Assembly (NCBI RefSeq): GCF_018350175.1
Contig: NC_058368.1
Coordinates: 168,394,001-168,458,000 of the forward strand
Origin: Felis catus
Lineage: Eukaryota
Length of the DNA stretch: 64,000 bases
Reading direction: 5' to 3'
The position numbers and the translations under genes are program-made. Each line of letters begins with the position of its first letter. Positions within the stretch are counted from its first letter, which is position 1. The notes under the pieces were generated by a model. That model ran no database searches and was not told the origin of the DNA. It worked only from the letters and a program-made list of their open reading frames with translations. Positions 36,746-49,790 of the stretch are shown here, piece after piece.

Positions 36746-39376
36746 GAAAACCTGAAAGACTGCACCCAAAAGCTGCTGGAACTGATACATGAACTCAGCT
36801 ATAGTCACAGGCTATAAAATTAATGTACAGAAATCAGTTGCATTTCTATACACCAATAATGAAGCAACAGGAAAAGAAATCGAGAAACCGATCCCATTTA
36901 CAATTGCACCAAGAACCATAAAATACCTAAGAATAAACCTAACTAAAGATGTAAAAATATCTCTATGCTGAAAACTATAGAAAACTTACGAAAGCAATTG
37001 AAGAAGACACAAAGGAATGGAGAAACATACCATACTCATGGATTGGAAGAACAAATATTGTTAAAATGTCAATACTACCCAAAGAAGTCTATACATTCAA
37101 TGCAATCCCAATCAAACTTGCACTGGCATTCTTCTCAGAACTAGAACAAACCACCCTAAAATCTGTATGGAACCACAAAAGACCCTGAATAGCCAAAGAA
37201 ATCCTGAAAAAGAAAACCAAAGCAGGAGACATCACAATCCCGGACTTTTGCCTCTACTACAAAGCTGTAATCATCAAGACGGTATGGTACTGGCACAAAA
37301 ACAGACACATAGACCAGTGGAATAGAATAGAGAACCAAGAATTGGACCCACAAATGTATGGCCAACTAATCTTTGACAAAGCAGGAAAGAATATCCAATG
37401 GAAAAAAGACATTCTCTTTAGCAAATGGTGCTGGGAGAACTGGATAGCAACATGCAGAAAAATGAAACTGGACCACTTTCTTAAACGCTACACAAAAACA
37501 AACTCAAAATGGATGAAACACCTGAATGTGAGACAGGAAACCATCAAAACCATAGAGGAGAAAATAGGCAACAACCACTTTGACCTCAGCTGCAGCAACT
37601 TCTTACTCAACACAATTCCGGAGGTAAGGGAAGCAAAAGCAAAAATGAACTTTTGGGACCTCATCAAGATAAAAAGCTTCTGCACAGCAGAGGAAACAAT
37701 CAACAAAACTAAAAGGCAATAGACAGAATGGGAGAAGATACTTGCAAATGACATATCAAATAAAGGATTACTATCCCAAATCTATAAAGAACTTACCAAA
37801 CTCAACTCCTGAAAAACAAATTCCAATGACAAAATGGGCAAAATACATGAAAAGACACTTTTCCAAAGAAGACATCCAGATGGTCAATAGACACATAAAA
37901 ATATTCTCAACATCAGTCATCATCAGGGAAATACAAATCAAAACCACAATGAGATACCACCTCACACCTGTCGGAGTGACAGGTGTCACTACAACATTAA
38001 TAACTCAGGAAACAACAGATGTTGGTGAGGATGTGGAGAAACAGGAACCCTCTAGCACTGTTGGTGGGAATGCAAACTGGTGCAGGCACTCTGGAAAACA
38101 GTGTGGAGATTCCTCAAAAAATTAAAAATAGAATTTCTCTACGACTGAGGAATAGCACTAGTAGGAATTTATCCAAAGGATACAGAAGTGCTGATTCACA
38201 GGGGCACATGTACCCCAATGTTTATAGCAGCACTTTCAACAATAGCCAAATTATGGGAAGAGCCCAAATGTCCATCAACTGATGAATGGATAAAGAAGAT
38301 GTGGTTTATATATACAATGAAATAGTACTTTGCAATGAGAAATGAAATCTTGTCATTTGCAAAAATGTGGATGGAACTGGAGAGTATTATGCTAAGTGAT
38401 ATAAGTCAGTCAGAAAAGACTATGTTTTCACTCATGTGGAATTTGAGAAACTTAACAGAAGACTATGAGGGAAGGGAAGGAGAAAAAAATAGTTTCAGAG
38501 AGGGAGGCAAACCATAAGAGACTCTTAAATACAGAGAACAAGCTGAGGATTGATGGGGGTGGGGTGGTGAGAGAGAGGGGAAAATGGGTGATGGGCATTG
38601 AGGAGGGCACTTGTTGGGATAAGCACTGGGTGTTGTATGTAAGCAATGAATCATGAGACTCTACTCCTGAAGCCAAAAGCACACACACTATATACTATAT
38701 GTTAGCTAACTTGACAATAAATTACATTTAAATTAAAAAATAAAAATAAATAAATAAAAATATGTATGCATAGGTTATTTACTTCAGCATTATTTATAAT
38801 TACACAATATTGGAAACTGCCTAAATATTCCAACATAAACTATGGTACATAAAATGGGGGCACTATACAACTGTAAAAAGAATGAGAACAATCTCTATGA
38901 AATTATATAGGTATGTGCAAAAGAAAAGACAATAAATATCATACTTGCATCTTGTTATTACAAAGTAAAAAAGATCAGAAATGATAAACAAGAAACCAAT
39001 TTTTTTTTAATGGTGACCCATAAGGTGTGGGTGTGGGGGCATAGTGTGGAAAGGATACATGTGAGAGTAATACTTCTCTGAGTGTAACTTTTTATATAGT
39101 TTTGGCTTTCCAAGGCATGTTAATATCTTATATATTCAAAAGTAAAACTAAATCAGTAAGTATGAGAACAGGGACAAAACCTTAAAACTGAAAGAACTTA
39201 TTCTGATTTTACTTCAAATAAATACCAGAACCATACTCAGGAAGAGAAAACAAAGAAATCAAAAAAGAAGTGATACAAATAACTTATGCACATCGAATTT
39301 CCCTGTATACCCTCAGTTTGGAGTAGGGAAAGGCTGGAAAAGGGGAAGAATTGCAAACAGGCCATGATCACTTCTT

Positions 39377-39490
39377 TTTTTAAGACTTTTTATTTTTAAG
39401 TAATGAATGTTTACACCCAACGTGGGGCTCAACTCACAACTGCAAAATCAGGAGTCACGTGTTCTTCTGACAGAGCCAGCCAGGCACCCC
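39377..39490 (-). mobile_element. SINEC_old-type SINE
   Basis: atgatcactt repeated at 39364 and 39492. Confidence 0.85.
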
Positions 39491-39613
39491 TATGATCACT
39501 TTTAAGTAGGTGTATTTATGTCATGCTATGGCAAAAAGTTCTGAGAGGACTTTGGATGCCTAATAGGATTAAGCTAATGAGTAAATATGTTGATGTTGGA
39601 AGCAAGAGTTCTT

Positions 39614-40018
39614 TTTTTAATTGTTTAATTTTTTATTTTTTAATTTACATCCAAGTTAGTTAGCATATAGTGCAACAATGGTTTCAGGAGTAGATTCCTT
39701 AATGCCCCTTACCCATTTAGCCCATCCCCCCTCCCACGATCCCTCCAGCAACCCTCTATTTGTTCCCTATATCTAAGAGTCTCTTATGTTTTGTGCCCCT
39801 CCCTGTTTTTATATTATTTTTGCGTCCCTTCCCTTATGTTCATCTGTTTTGTATCTTAAAGTCCTGATATGAGTGAAGTCATATATTTGTCTTTCTCTGA
39901 CTAATTTTGCTTAGCATAATACCCTCTACTTCCATCCACAGAGTTGCAAATGGCAAGATTTCATTCTTTTTGATTGCTGAGTAATACTCCATTGTGTGTG
40001 TGTGTGTGTGTGTATGTA

Positions 40019-40071
<53 letters not shown>

Positions 40072-41251
40072 CCATTCATCTGTCGATGGACATTTGGGCT
40101 CTTTCCATACTTTGGCTATTGTTGATAGTGCTGCTATAAACATGGGGGTGCATGTGCCCCTTCGAAACAGCACGCCTGTATCCCAAGGATAAATACCTAG
40201 TAATGCAGTTGCTGAGTTGTAGGATAGTTCTATTTTTAATTTTTTGAGGAAACTGCATATTGTTTTTCCAGAGTGACTCCACCAGTTTGCATTCCCACCA
40301 GCAGTGCAAAAGAGTGCCTCTTTCTCTGCATCCTCACCAACATCTGTTGTTTCCCGAGTTGCTAATGTTAGCCACTCTGACAGGTGTAAGGTGGTATCTC
40401 ATTGTGGTTTTGATTTATATTTCCCTGATGATGACTGATGTTGAGCATCTTTTCATGTGTCTGTTGGCCATCTGGATGTCTTCTTTGGAAAAGTGTCCAT
40501 TCATGTCTTTTGCCCATTTCTTCACTGGATTATTTGTTTTTTGGGTATTGAGTTTGGTAAGTTCTTTATAGATTTGGGATAGTAATCCTTTATCTGATAT
40601 GTCATTTGCAACTACCTTCTCCCATTCTGTCTGTGGCTTTTTAGTTTTGCTAATTGTTTCCTTCGCTCTGCGGAAGCTTTTTATTTTGATGAGGTCCCAA
40701 TAGTTCATTTTTGCTTTTGTTTCCCTTGCCTCTGGGGATGTGTTGAGTAAGAAGTTACTGCAGCTGAGGTTCAAAAGGTTTTTGCCTGCTTTCTCCTTGA
40801 GGATTTTGATGGCTTCCTGTCTCACATTTTGGTGTTTCATCCATTTTGAGTTTATTTTTGTGTAGGGTGTAAGAAAGTTTTCCAGGTTTGTTTTTCTGCA
40901 TGTTGCTGTCCACTTTTCCCAGCACCATTTGCTGAAGAGACTGTCTTTATTCCATTGGATATTCTTTCCTGCTTTGTCAAAGATCAGTTGGCCATACGTT
41001 TGTGGATCCATTTCTGGGTTTTCTATTCCTTCCATTGATTTGAGTGTCTGTTTTTGCGCCAATGCCATACTGTGTTTATGATTACAGCTTTGTAAAACGG
41101 CTTGAAGTCCAGGATTATGATGCCTCCTGCTTTGGTTTTCTTTTTCAAGATTGCTTTGGCTATTCAGGGTCTTTTGTGGTTCTATACAAATTTTAGGATT
41201 GTTTGTTCTAGCTCTGTGAATAATGCTGGTGTTATTGTGATAGGGATTGCA
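39614..41251 (-). mobile_element. 5'-truncated L1 (1.6 kb)
   Basis: ORF2 C-terminal fragments; TSD gaagcaagagttctt at 39599-39613 and 41252-41266. Confidence 0.96.
39993..40067. repeat. Compound (TG)n(TA)n microsatellite
   Basis: Read directly from the sequence. Confidence 0.95.
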
Positions 41252-41382
41252 GAAGCAAGAGTTCTTGATGAGGAAGAAGGGACATACAACTGTGGAATGT
41301 GAGAAGGGATTGGAATTGGAAATACCAGTATATACTCATGATTTCTAAAGTGTGTATGTGTGTATGCATATATTAATCTATA

Positions 41383-41822
41383 GCCCTACAACTATCCTAA
41401 AGTTTAGCAGCTTAAGATAACAATCATTGTTTATAGTTTCTGTGGGTTAGGAATGCAGGAATAATTTACCTGGGTGGTTCTGACTCATTGTCTCTCATGA
41501 GGCTGCAGTCATCTTCAAGGCTGATTAAGGCTAGGGGATCCACTTCCAGGCCTACTCATAGGATTGTTGGCAGAAAGCTTCAGTTGTTCATTCTGTGGGC
41601 TTCTCCATATGCTGCTTACAGGGCATCAGACTTTTCTCAGAGACAGTAAAGAGAGGGAGAGGGAGAGAGGAAAATCAAAATGGAAGCCACAGTGTCTAAT
41701 AACCTGATCTCAGAAGTGACATATCATCAATTCTGCCATGTCCTGTTGGTCACTCAGACCAAACTTCTCATGAAACTTAGAGACAGGGATTGTTGGGGGC
41801 CATCTTGGAAGCTGGGTATCAT
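41383..41822 (-). mobile_element. MLT1F/G-like MaLR LTR
   Basis: gtttctgtgggttaggaat...ctcagaagtgacatatcatcaattctgccatg...gggggccatcttggaagctgg. Confidence 0.75.
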
Positions 41823-42745
41823 AAAATATGTGTATATATCTATATGTCTATTTGTTTGTATGTATGTGTATGTATATGTGAATACACATACATATATTTC
41901 CTAGCTCTGTCTACTGAAGGAGCTAAGAAGTAAAGGCATGCCGGTAGCAGTCAGCATACCTAGCATCCAGATTTTGGTCTCTAACATTATTGTCAATAAA
42001 AACAACTAGAGCTTCTTAGATAAATAGCTGATTCTGGAATTGGAGCAAGTAGGTACAAGATGATACAAGAACATCGTTTGTTATTCCAGAAAGTAAAGAA
42101 ATACTAAAACACATGCTAGGGAAATGTCACAAGGATCTACCACCAAATCTGTGACCATTTGAACATCTAATTAAGTAAAATAAGTCATCAATGATTGAAA
42201 AAATATGAACTTATGAATTCTTACTGATGATTTATAGGTAGGTAGATAGATGACTTCTCTTACTTCAAATAGAATGACTGGGCCTTACTGGTAAATGTAG
42301 ACTGAATGTTGGATTTAGGAAATTATCACTTGCAACCATAATGGTAAAGACTAAATCATATAAGAATCATCAATGCATGTTAAACTTAGGAGGAAAGTTT
42401 AGTGAAAAGCAGGATATTTGCATAGTCTTAAAGTATCTCCCCACAGACCACTTATTGGTTGCAACTGAGGAAAAAAATCCAGTAATTACAGAGAGGGAAA
42501 ATTGGACAACACCTTGACCAGATGATCAAATTAAGATCATCAGTGAGGGACAGATGCACATTGTGTGCATCCCAATGATATGCTCTAAGAATACAACATT
42601 GCTGTCCTGTGTAGTACTCCACCCAAGAGTACAAAACCTTAATCTAATCAATAGGGAACATCAGACAAACACAGAAAGAGAAACTTTCTATGTAAAAAGA
42701 AAAGTATACAGAGCAACAGTATTCTTTAAATATGCCAAGGCTGTT

Positions 42746-42965
42746 GGGGTGCCTGGGTGGCTCAGCCAATTAAGTCCAATATCAGCTCGGGTCATGATCT
42801 CACGGTTTGTGAGTTTGAGCCCTGCATCAGGCTCTGTGCTGACAGCTTGGAGCCTGGATCCTGCTTCAGATTCTGTTTCTCCCTCTCTCTCTGCCCCTCC
42901 CCTGCTCACACCCTGTGTCTCTCCATCTCAAAAATAAATAAACATTTAAAATTTTTAAAAATAAA
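42746..42965 (+). mobile_element. CAN-SINE
   Basis: Complete head, CT tract and tail. Confidence 0.93.
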
Positions 42966-44904
42966 AACGTCAATGTTGTGAAAGAGAGAAAGGCTGTGGA
43001 GATGTTTTAGATTAAAAGAGGCTAAAGAGGCATGGTGATTACATGCAGTTTCCCAGCTCTAGACTCAGTCCTGTGCTAGAGAAGGGGAAAGTGCTATACA
43101 GGTCAGCTGGCAAAATTGAAATATGGGCAGTAAGTAGTTTTTACGTAAAAGTACTGTGGTAGAAGAATATTGGTCCATCCTGTTGGCCAGAGATTGGTTT
43201 TAATGCTAGGTCCATCACTCCTAAATGTACAATCTCTGTGTCTTTGCTTCCTTGTCTCAAAAGGTAGATAACTAAACCTACCTCATGTAGCTATAAAAAT
43301 TACTCAGCCAAACTTAAGTGCCTGGTGCAGAGAGGCCTTCAATAAATGCCTTGTCTTCGACAGCAGGAACACCAACTGATAATTATCTGTTTAGTTTTTT
43401 TTTCCATGTAGAAAACCAAATATAATCACTATAAAGTGATCTCTCTACCCTAATCGTATGAAAAATTTAAATAATTTTCCTAAGCATTTATCTTACCACC
43501 ATAGAGCAGTCAAGGCCATTGCAACATGTGCTTTGATTTTTTTCTAACTACTTTAATAAATGATGTTGGCACAGTCGCTCAGATTGACTGTATAGCCCCA
43601 CCATTTGATAATTAACTTCCAAAACCAGTTTTGATTATTTTCAGAGTGTCAGATGCCTGCTGAACACAAAATAAGACATGACACTAACCCAGCAAGCTGG
43701 TTGTCTTAATGCCAAGACTGTCTTTTCTTGTGTCTTATGGCTTCTATTTAGGGCATTCTGTAAAGGGCATTCTTCAGAAAGATAAGCAATATTTTAATAA
43801 ATATAAGATTGAATTAGAATATTCAATTAGAATTCAAATTAGAATAATACTGGGTTGAGTTAGAATATTGAATTAGAGCATCTACATTCTTTAACTGATT
43901 TCTCGGATTTCTTAGACTAATGAAACTAATATTGAAAGAGACTACATAATTCCCTACCACAATTTTTACCTATTTAGTAGTCTTTTGGTAATTTGACTGA
44001 TGAGAAACACCTCATTAGAAGTCTGAACAGTCTCTAAAAATCAGCATACAGTACAAAACAAAACAGAATCTCTGGAATTTTCACATAATTGTACCCCATA
44101 CATTAATTACATCTCCCACTGATCCTTTAAAGCAGGATGAGATCAGTTTGTGCACCTATAGTGCTTCTTATCTATTCCAATCTTTAAGGCATTTTAGTAA
44201 CACTTAAAGGAAGAAATTCATGGGCATATTTAAAAAAATGTATCCTTGTTTAAAATAAAAAATGTATTTTCCAAACAATATGTTCACTTAGTTCAATGTT
44301 CGGAAGATGTAAAAGGCCATATAGTGAATGTCCTCCTTGAGTTTCTGTTCCCAAACCACCCAGTTCCCCTCTCTGAGCAATGGTGGGACTTTCTTGTATA
44401 TCTTTCCAAGCATATTTTGTGAATATACATGAAAATATTAATACATACTGCCTCTCTCGTGGGTGAATGATAGTGTACTGTACACACTATCCACAACTTG
44501 TTTTTATTTTACTCACAGTAGTTCTTGGAGATCCTTCTATATCAACTCACAAAGAACATTCCCATTCTTTTCTGGGGTTGAGAATATTTCATTGTGTGAC
44601 TGTACCTCCAGTCTACTGAGAGACGTTTAGGTTGCTTTCCATCTTCTGCTCTTGCAAGCAATGCTGCCATTAATATTCTTGTATATGTGTCACTTTGCAC
44701 ATGCTTAAACATAACTGTAGGTTAAATATTTAGAAGTGGAGTTGCTATGGTAAAAAAAATCCATTTGTAAATATGACAGATACCATCAAATTGTCCTCTA
44801 TGAAAATGTTACCAGTTTGCATTTCTCTACAGTAGAGAAGTATGTCTGTTGATCTCCTTGATCTTACCACATAGTGTGATCAACCTTTTTTTTTTTTTTC
44901 ATTT

Positions 44905-44920
44905 TTAGGGTAATTCTTTT

Positions 44921-44991
<71 letters not shown>

Positions 44992-45075
44992 TTCTCTCTC
45001 TCTCTCTCTCTCTTTTTTCTCTCCCTCACTCTCTCCCTCCCTCCTTTCCTTTCTGAGAGTCACACGTGAGCAAGG

Positions 45076-45142
<67 letters not shown>

Positions 45143-45268
45143 GAGAGAATCCCATTCAGGCTCTGCACTGTCAGTGTGGAGCCTGAAGCTGGTCTCCAGC
45201 TCACGAACTGTGAGATCATGACCTGAGCCAAATTTGGATGCTTAACCAACTGATCCACCCAGGCACCC
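44905..45268 (-). mobile_element. CAN-SINE with expanded tail microsatellites
   Basis: SINE head ends at 45268; (GA)n at 45079-45148; (TTTC)n(TC)n at 44917-45012. Confidence 0.9.
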
Positions 45269-45462
45269 AGCCTTTTCTTACTTTTGACAAGCTAGTAAAC
45301 ACAAAGTGCTGTTTCAATAAAGTCTTATTTGCATTTCTCTTGTTCTAAATGAGATTTAACATTATCTTATATGTTTAAGATCCACTTGTATTTCTTTTTT
45401 TTTCTGTGAACACTAAGTTCATATCCTTTGCACAACCTTTTTCCTTGGGTTTTGGATCTTTC

Positions 45463-45753
45463 CCTTTTTTATTTTATTTTATTTTATTTTATTTTATTTT
45501 ATTTTATTTTATTTTATTTTATTTTATTTTACTTTTTTATTTTTTAAATGTTTATTCAATTTTGAGAGACAGAGAGAAAGACAGAGTGAGAATGGGGGGT
45601 AGGGGGGCGGGGGCAGAGAGAGAGGGAGATGCAGAGGCTCCAGGCTCCAAACTATCTGTACACAGCCCCATCCAGGGCTCACACCCACAAACAGTAAGGT
45701 CATGACCTGGGCCGAAGTCAGACGCTTAACCCACTGAGCCACCCAGGTGCCCC
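45463..45753 (-). mobile_element. CAN-SINE with (TTTTA)n tail
   Basis: SINE body plus pentanucleotide array at 45466-45531. Confidence 0.92.
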
Positions 45754-48152
45754 TCCTTTTCTTTTATTTTAGAAGGTTTATATATAATTAGGAAAATTAA
45801 CCCTTGGTCTTTGATATAAACTGAGAATATTTTTTCCAAGTGTATTATTGTAGACGTTTTTACAGCAAGTATTAAACAATGTATTGAGGTATAGCACACA
45901 CACAAAACATACTTAAAGTAGTGATTTTTTAAAAGAAAAGTGAAGACACTCATGTACCTACCATCCAGATCAAGAAATACATTTTCAGCATGCATGGACA
46001 TGTTAATTCCAAGAAAAAATGCCAAAATAAGTCAAACAGATAAACCATTTTGGACAGATTAGAGACTATCAACAATTAACATTTTAATTTTCATTATTTA
46101 GTGGAATTGTTTAGATAGTGTTATCAACATGGTGTATTTTATAAAACAGAAAATTGTAACGAATAATGATTTTTTTTCTGGCTACATTGCACATTTTAAT
46201 ACCAGCCTACTCATATTCTTTTCTGATTAAGTAAAACATCCCTACAGTAAGTACAATAGAGATTGGCTTAAAGAATATTAATTTTAGATGGGCCCCAGAA
46301 GAGGGATTCATCACTTTGCTCTTGGAGCAAGATTTAGGGATGTTCCACTGTACTCAGATTTGCTACTAATTATTTTAGGATTTCTGAAGCATTTTAAATA
46401 ACATAGAAGCTTTTCTTGTTTGGGTCAATGATTCATTCAAATGCTCATTTCCTCTGAGTATTCTAAATGTTCTAAATGATTGTCCATTGAAACTTCTCTT
46501 CAAGTACATCACTGAGAGCCTGTGGCAGCAACATCCAAGCAAATAATTTCAAGGCTGAACACACAGCATCAAAAAGGCCTCTTTAAAATATCTTGATTTT
46601 AAAAGGCATGCATGAAGTTTGACCTCAAACCATTACTAATGGCTATTAAGACTGATAACCGAACTCTTTGAACAAATACAATCCAACCATAATCTCAGAT
46701 TGGTTCAATTATGTTTTGTCTTCCCATTTTAACTTAATTTTTAATAAGAAATCTTCACACCCAATCTGGATTTTAGAAATGCCCAAATTGATATCAGCTT
46801 GGTAGCCCATGAAAATCGCAAATGAGGAACAGAAGAGCTCCAACCGCAGGAAGTACAAGTAATCTGTAGCAGTACAGTGTGTTCCAGACTAAATTTGATC
46901 ATTTTGATTTTTGGCTTTGGCTGGGCCCCTGGGGAATCATGGAGAAAATGTATCAACTTTGTAAATTTAGGGTTTTTTTTTTCTTGCTTTACATATCAAA
47001 CACACCAAAGACTCCTTTCTTGCATAGCAATATTTTAAACTCCCATCATGGGTGATGTCCTTTGTATAATAAGACTTCCCTGTAAATATGAAGAAATCAG
47101 AAAATCAAGGCTACAGAGATTAAGAGAATAGCTAGAAGCCATAATGCATAGAAGAATTTTTATAGATTAGGAAAGAGCTTTGCCAGCTGTGAGACAATTT
47201 CACCTCTCTTTTTTTGTAACAAGCAGAATGTGGTATCATGAGCGAGAAATCCTCTTTTCAACCCCAGGACAAGAATAGCATTATCCTCACTGTGGATATT
47301 CAGATATGTGCTCTGTATATGTGCTTTGAAGAGCTTAGAGTATCTTGCAAAACTTCACTCGGAAGGGGCACACATCAGCTTTTTTTGAGGCGAGTTCAGT
47401 ATTTCAAAATATCCAAAATTTGACTAAAATATCTCTTAGTCAAATTTGATCAAGAGCTAGATCTCAGCACAGTACAAAAGCAGGCAATGCTTTTCATCCC
47501 TGTCTTCCTTGTTTGTACCCACACTGTTAGTATTCAGAACTCAGCCTAAATCATTGAGGATCCTTGACCCCACTTCTACAAAAACACCCACTCTTGTCTC
47601 CACCATGAAGAGGCAATAGGGTGAAGAAAACACTGAATGGATATCTAGGTTTTATAGTTCTGACTCTACAATGAAGTACCTGTCAGCTAAGATGTTTCTA
47701 CATTTCAGTGGTCTCTAAGTATCCCAAGTATCAGCATTCTGTATTTTACACTGAAGTATAAATGACTGACAACCAGGTTTGTTAATTTACTTCACATAAA
47801 GTAAGTTCAAAACCTGGAAATAAAAGTCTGTCCTTCATCTCAGCCTGTCTGTTGGAATTGGGGGAAGACAGAGCAAAGCAGGGACCACATAAGCATGCAG
47901 GAAGAGGGACAGTGAGAAGAGAGCATCAAAGGTTATATGCTGCTATTTCTGTTGCTTCTGTTCCTTCTAAAGAAACCAACACAAGGTTGGCTGGAGGTGG
48001 CTAGAAGCTGGGTTATAATAGGTATATCTGGCTTGAGTGTTGCCAGGCTAAAAATAAAATATTGGCCCATATTTCTATAGCTCTGATGCCTCCTTTGATT
48101 TTTTACAGAAAGTGTCGTTACCTTTCCCTTATTAAAATTTCATCTGAAGAAC

Positions 48153-49572
48153 AGGCATAAAGACAGACCTATAGACCAATGGAATAGAATATAAAGCTCA
48201 GAAATAAATTTTTGCAAATATAATCCAATTATTTTTGACAGGAATGGCAAGACTATTTATTCAGTAGTCTTTTCAACAAATGGTGCTGGGAAAACTGGAT
48301 ATCCACATGCAAAACAATGAAGTTGGACCCTTGCCTTACAGCATATACAAAAATTAATTTTAAATGGACCAAAAGCCTAAATGTAAAAGCTAAAACTATA
48401 AAACTCTTAGGAAAAAAAAAACATGGGGAAAATCTTCACGACACTGGATTTGGCAATGAGGTCTTGGATATGACACCAAAGGTATAGGCCACAAAAGAAA
48501 AAATAGGTTGCACTTCATCAAAATTAAAAACCTGTACATCATTGGACACGATCAACAGAGTGGAAAGCAACCTGCTTAATGAAACAAAATATTTGCACAT
48601 CATGCATCTGATAAGGGATCAATATTGAGAATATATGGAGAACTCCTAAAGCTCAACAACAGCAACGAAGAACAAACACTCAGATTTTAAAAAGGCCTTG
48701 AATAGACATTTCTCCACAAAAGATATAGGAGTGGGCAGGAAGCCCATGAAAAGATCCTTAATATCACTTATCATCAGGGAAATGCAAATCAAGACTACAC
48801 TGAGATACCACCTCACATCTGTTACTGGGATGGCTACTTAATAAACAAAACAAAACAAAACCTTAAAATAACAGTGTTGGTGAGAATGCGGAGAAATTGG
48901 AACACTTGCACACTGTTGGAATGTAAAACAATGCAACCACTGTGGAAAGCAGTAAAGTGGTTCCTCTAGAAATTAAAAATAGAATTGCCATACAATCCAG
49001 CAATCCCACATCTGGGTGTATACAAAAAATAATTGTAAGTAGGATCTCAAAGAGACATTTGTATATCCGTGTTCCTAGAAACATTATTCACAATAGCTAA
49101 GACATGGAAGAAACCCACGTGTTCATTGACAGATGAGTAGAGAAGCAAAATGTGGAATACACATATAATGGAATACTATTCAACCTTAAAAAGGAAGGAG
49201 ATTCTGATGTGCTATAATATGAATGGAACTTGAAGACATGCTAAGTGAAATAAGGCAGTCACAAAAAGACAAATACCATATGAACCCACTTATATGAGGT
49301 ATCAGATAGTCGTAATCACAGAGACAGAAAGTAGAATAGTGGTTGTCAGCAGCTAGAGGGATGAAAGTTAGGAAGTTATTGTTTAATGGGGATTGAGTTT
49401 CAATTTTGCAAGATTAAAAGAGTTGGATATGGATGGTGGTGATGGGTACACGGCAATATGACACTATTAATATTATAATACTTAATACTACTGAATCATG
49501 CCCTTAAAAATGGTTATGATGGTAGCATTTTATGATATGTGTATTTTACCACAATAAAAAATTAAAGAAAAA
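48153..49572 (+). mobile_element. Old L1 (MA/MB-like) ORF2 3' part and 3'UTR
   Basis: tagaccaatggaatagaata...aaatggtgctgggaaaactgg...gtgtattttaccacaataaaaa. Confidence 0.88.
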
Positions 49573-49581
49573 AGATTTATA

Positions 49582-49790
49582 GGGGTGCCTGGGTGGCTCA
49601 GTCAGTTAAGCATCTGACTTCAGCTCAGGTCAGGATCTCATGGTCTGTGAGTTCAAGCCCTGCATTGGGCTGTGTGCTGACAGCTCAGAGCCTGGAGCCT
49701 GTTGTGGATTCTGTGTCACCATCTCTTCCCCTCTCCTGCTCACTCTCTCTCTCTCAAAAATAAATAATGATTAAAAAAAAATCTTTTTTT
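49582..49790 (+). mobile_element. CAN-SINE
   Basis: Complete SINE directly after the L1 A-tail. Confidence 0.92.

Larger units (their letters stand above)
34828..38755 (+). mobile_element. 5'-truncated felid L1 (most of ORF2 plus 3'UTR), disrupted
   Basis: Begins at the FSDHN motif; RT motifs present but FADD changed to FADN at ~36485-36496; 17-bp TSD aaaaatatgtatgcata at 34811-34827 and 38756-38772. Confidence 0.96.
31960..43160 (+). mobile_element. Old L1M (MC/MD-like) ORF2 plus long 3'UTR, hosting many later insertions
   Basis: Collinear decayed ORF2 pieces at 31960-34827 continue after each insert's TSD into 3'UTR pieces at 38773-39613, 41267-41380 and 41830-43160. Confidence 0.65.
44300..45860 (-). 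mobile_element. Old L1ME-like 3' region interrupted by two SINEs
   Basis: Antisense L1 3' motifs (aatattcttgtatatgtgtc, tagaagtggagttgct, ttgcatttctcttgtt). Confidence 0.65.
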
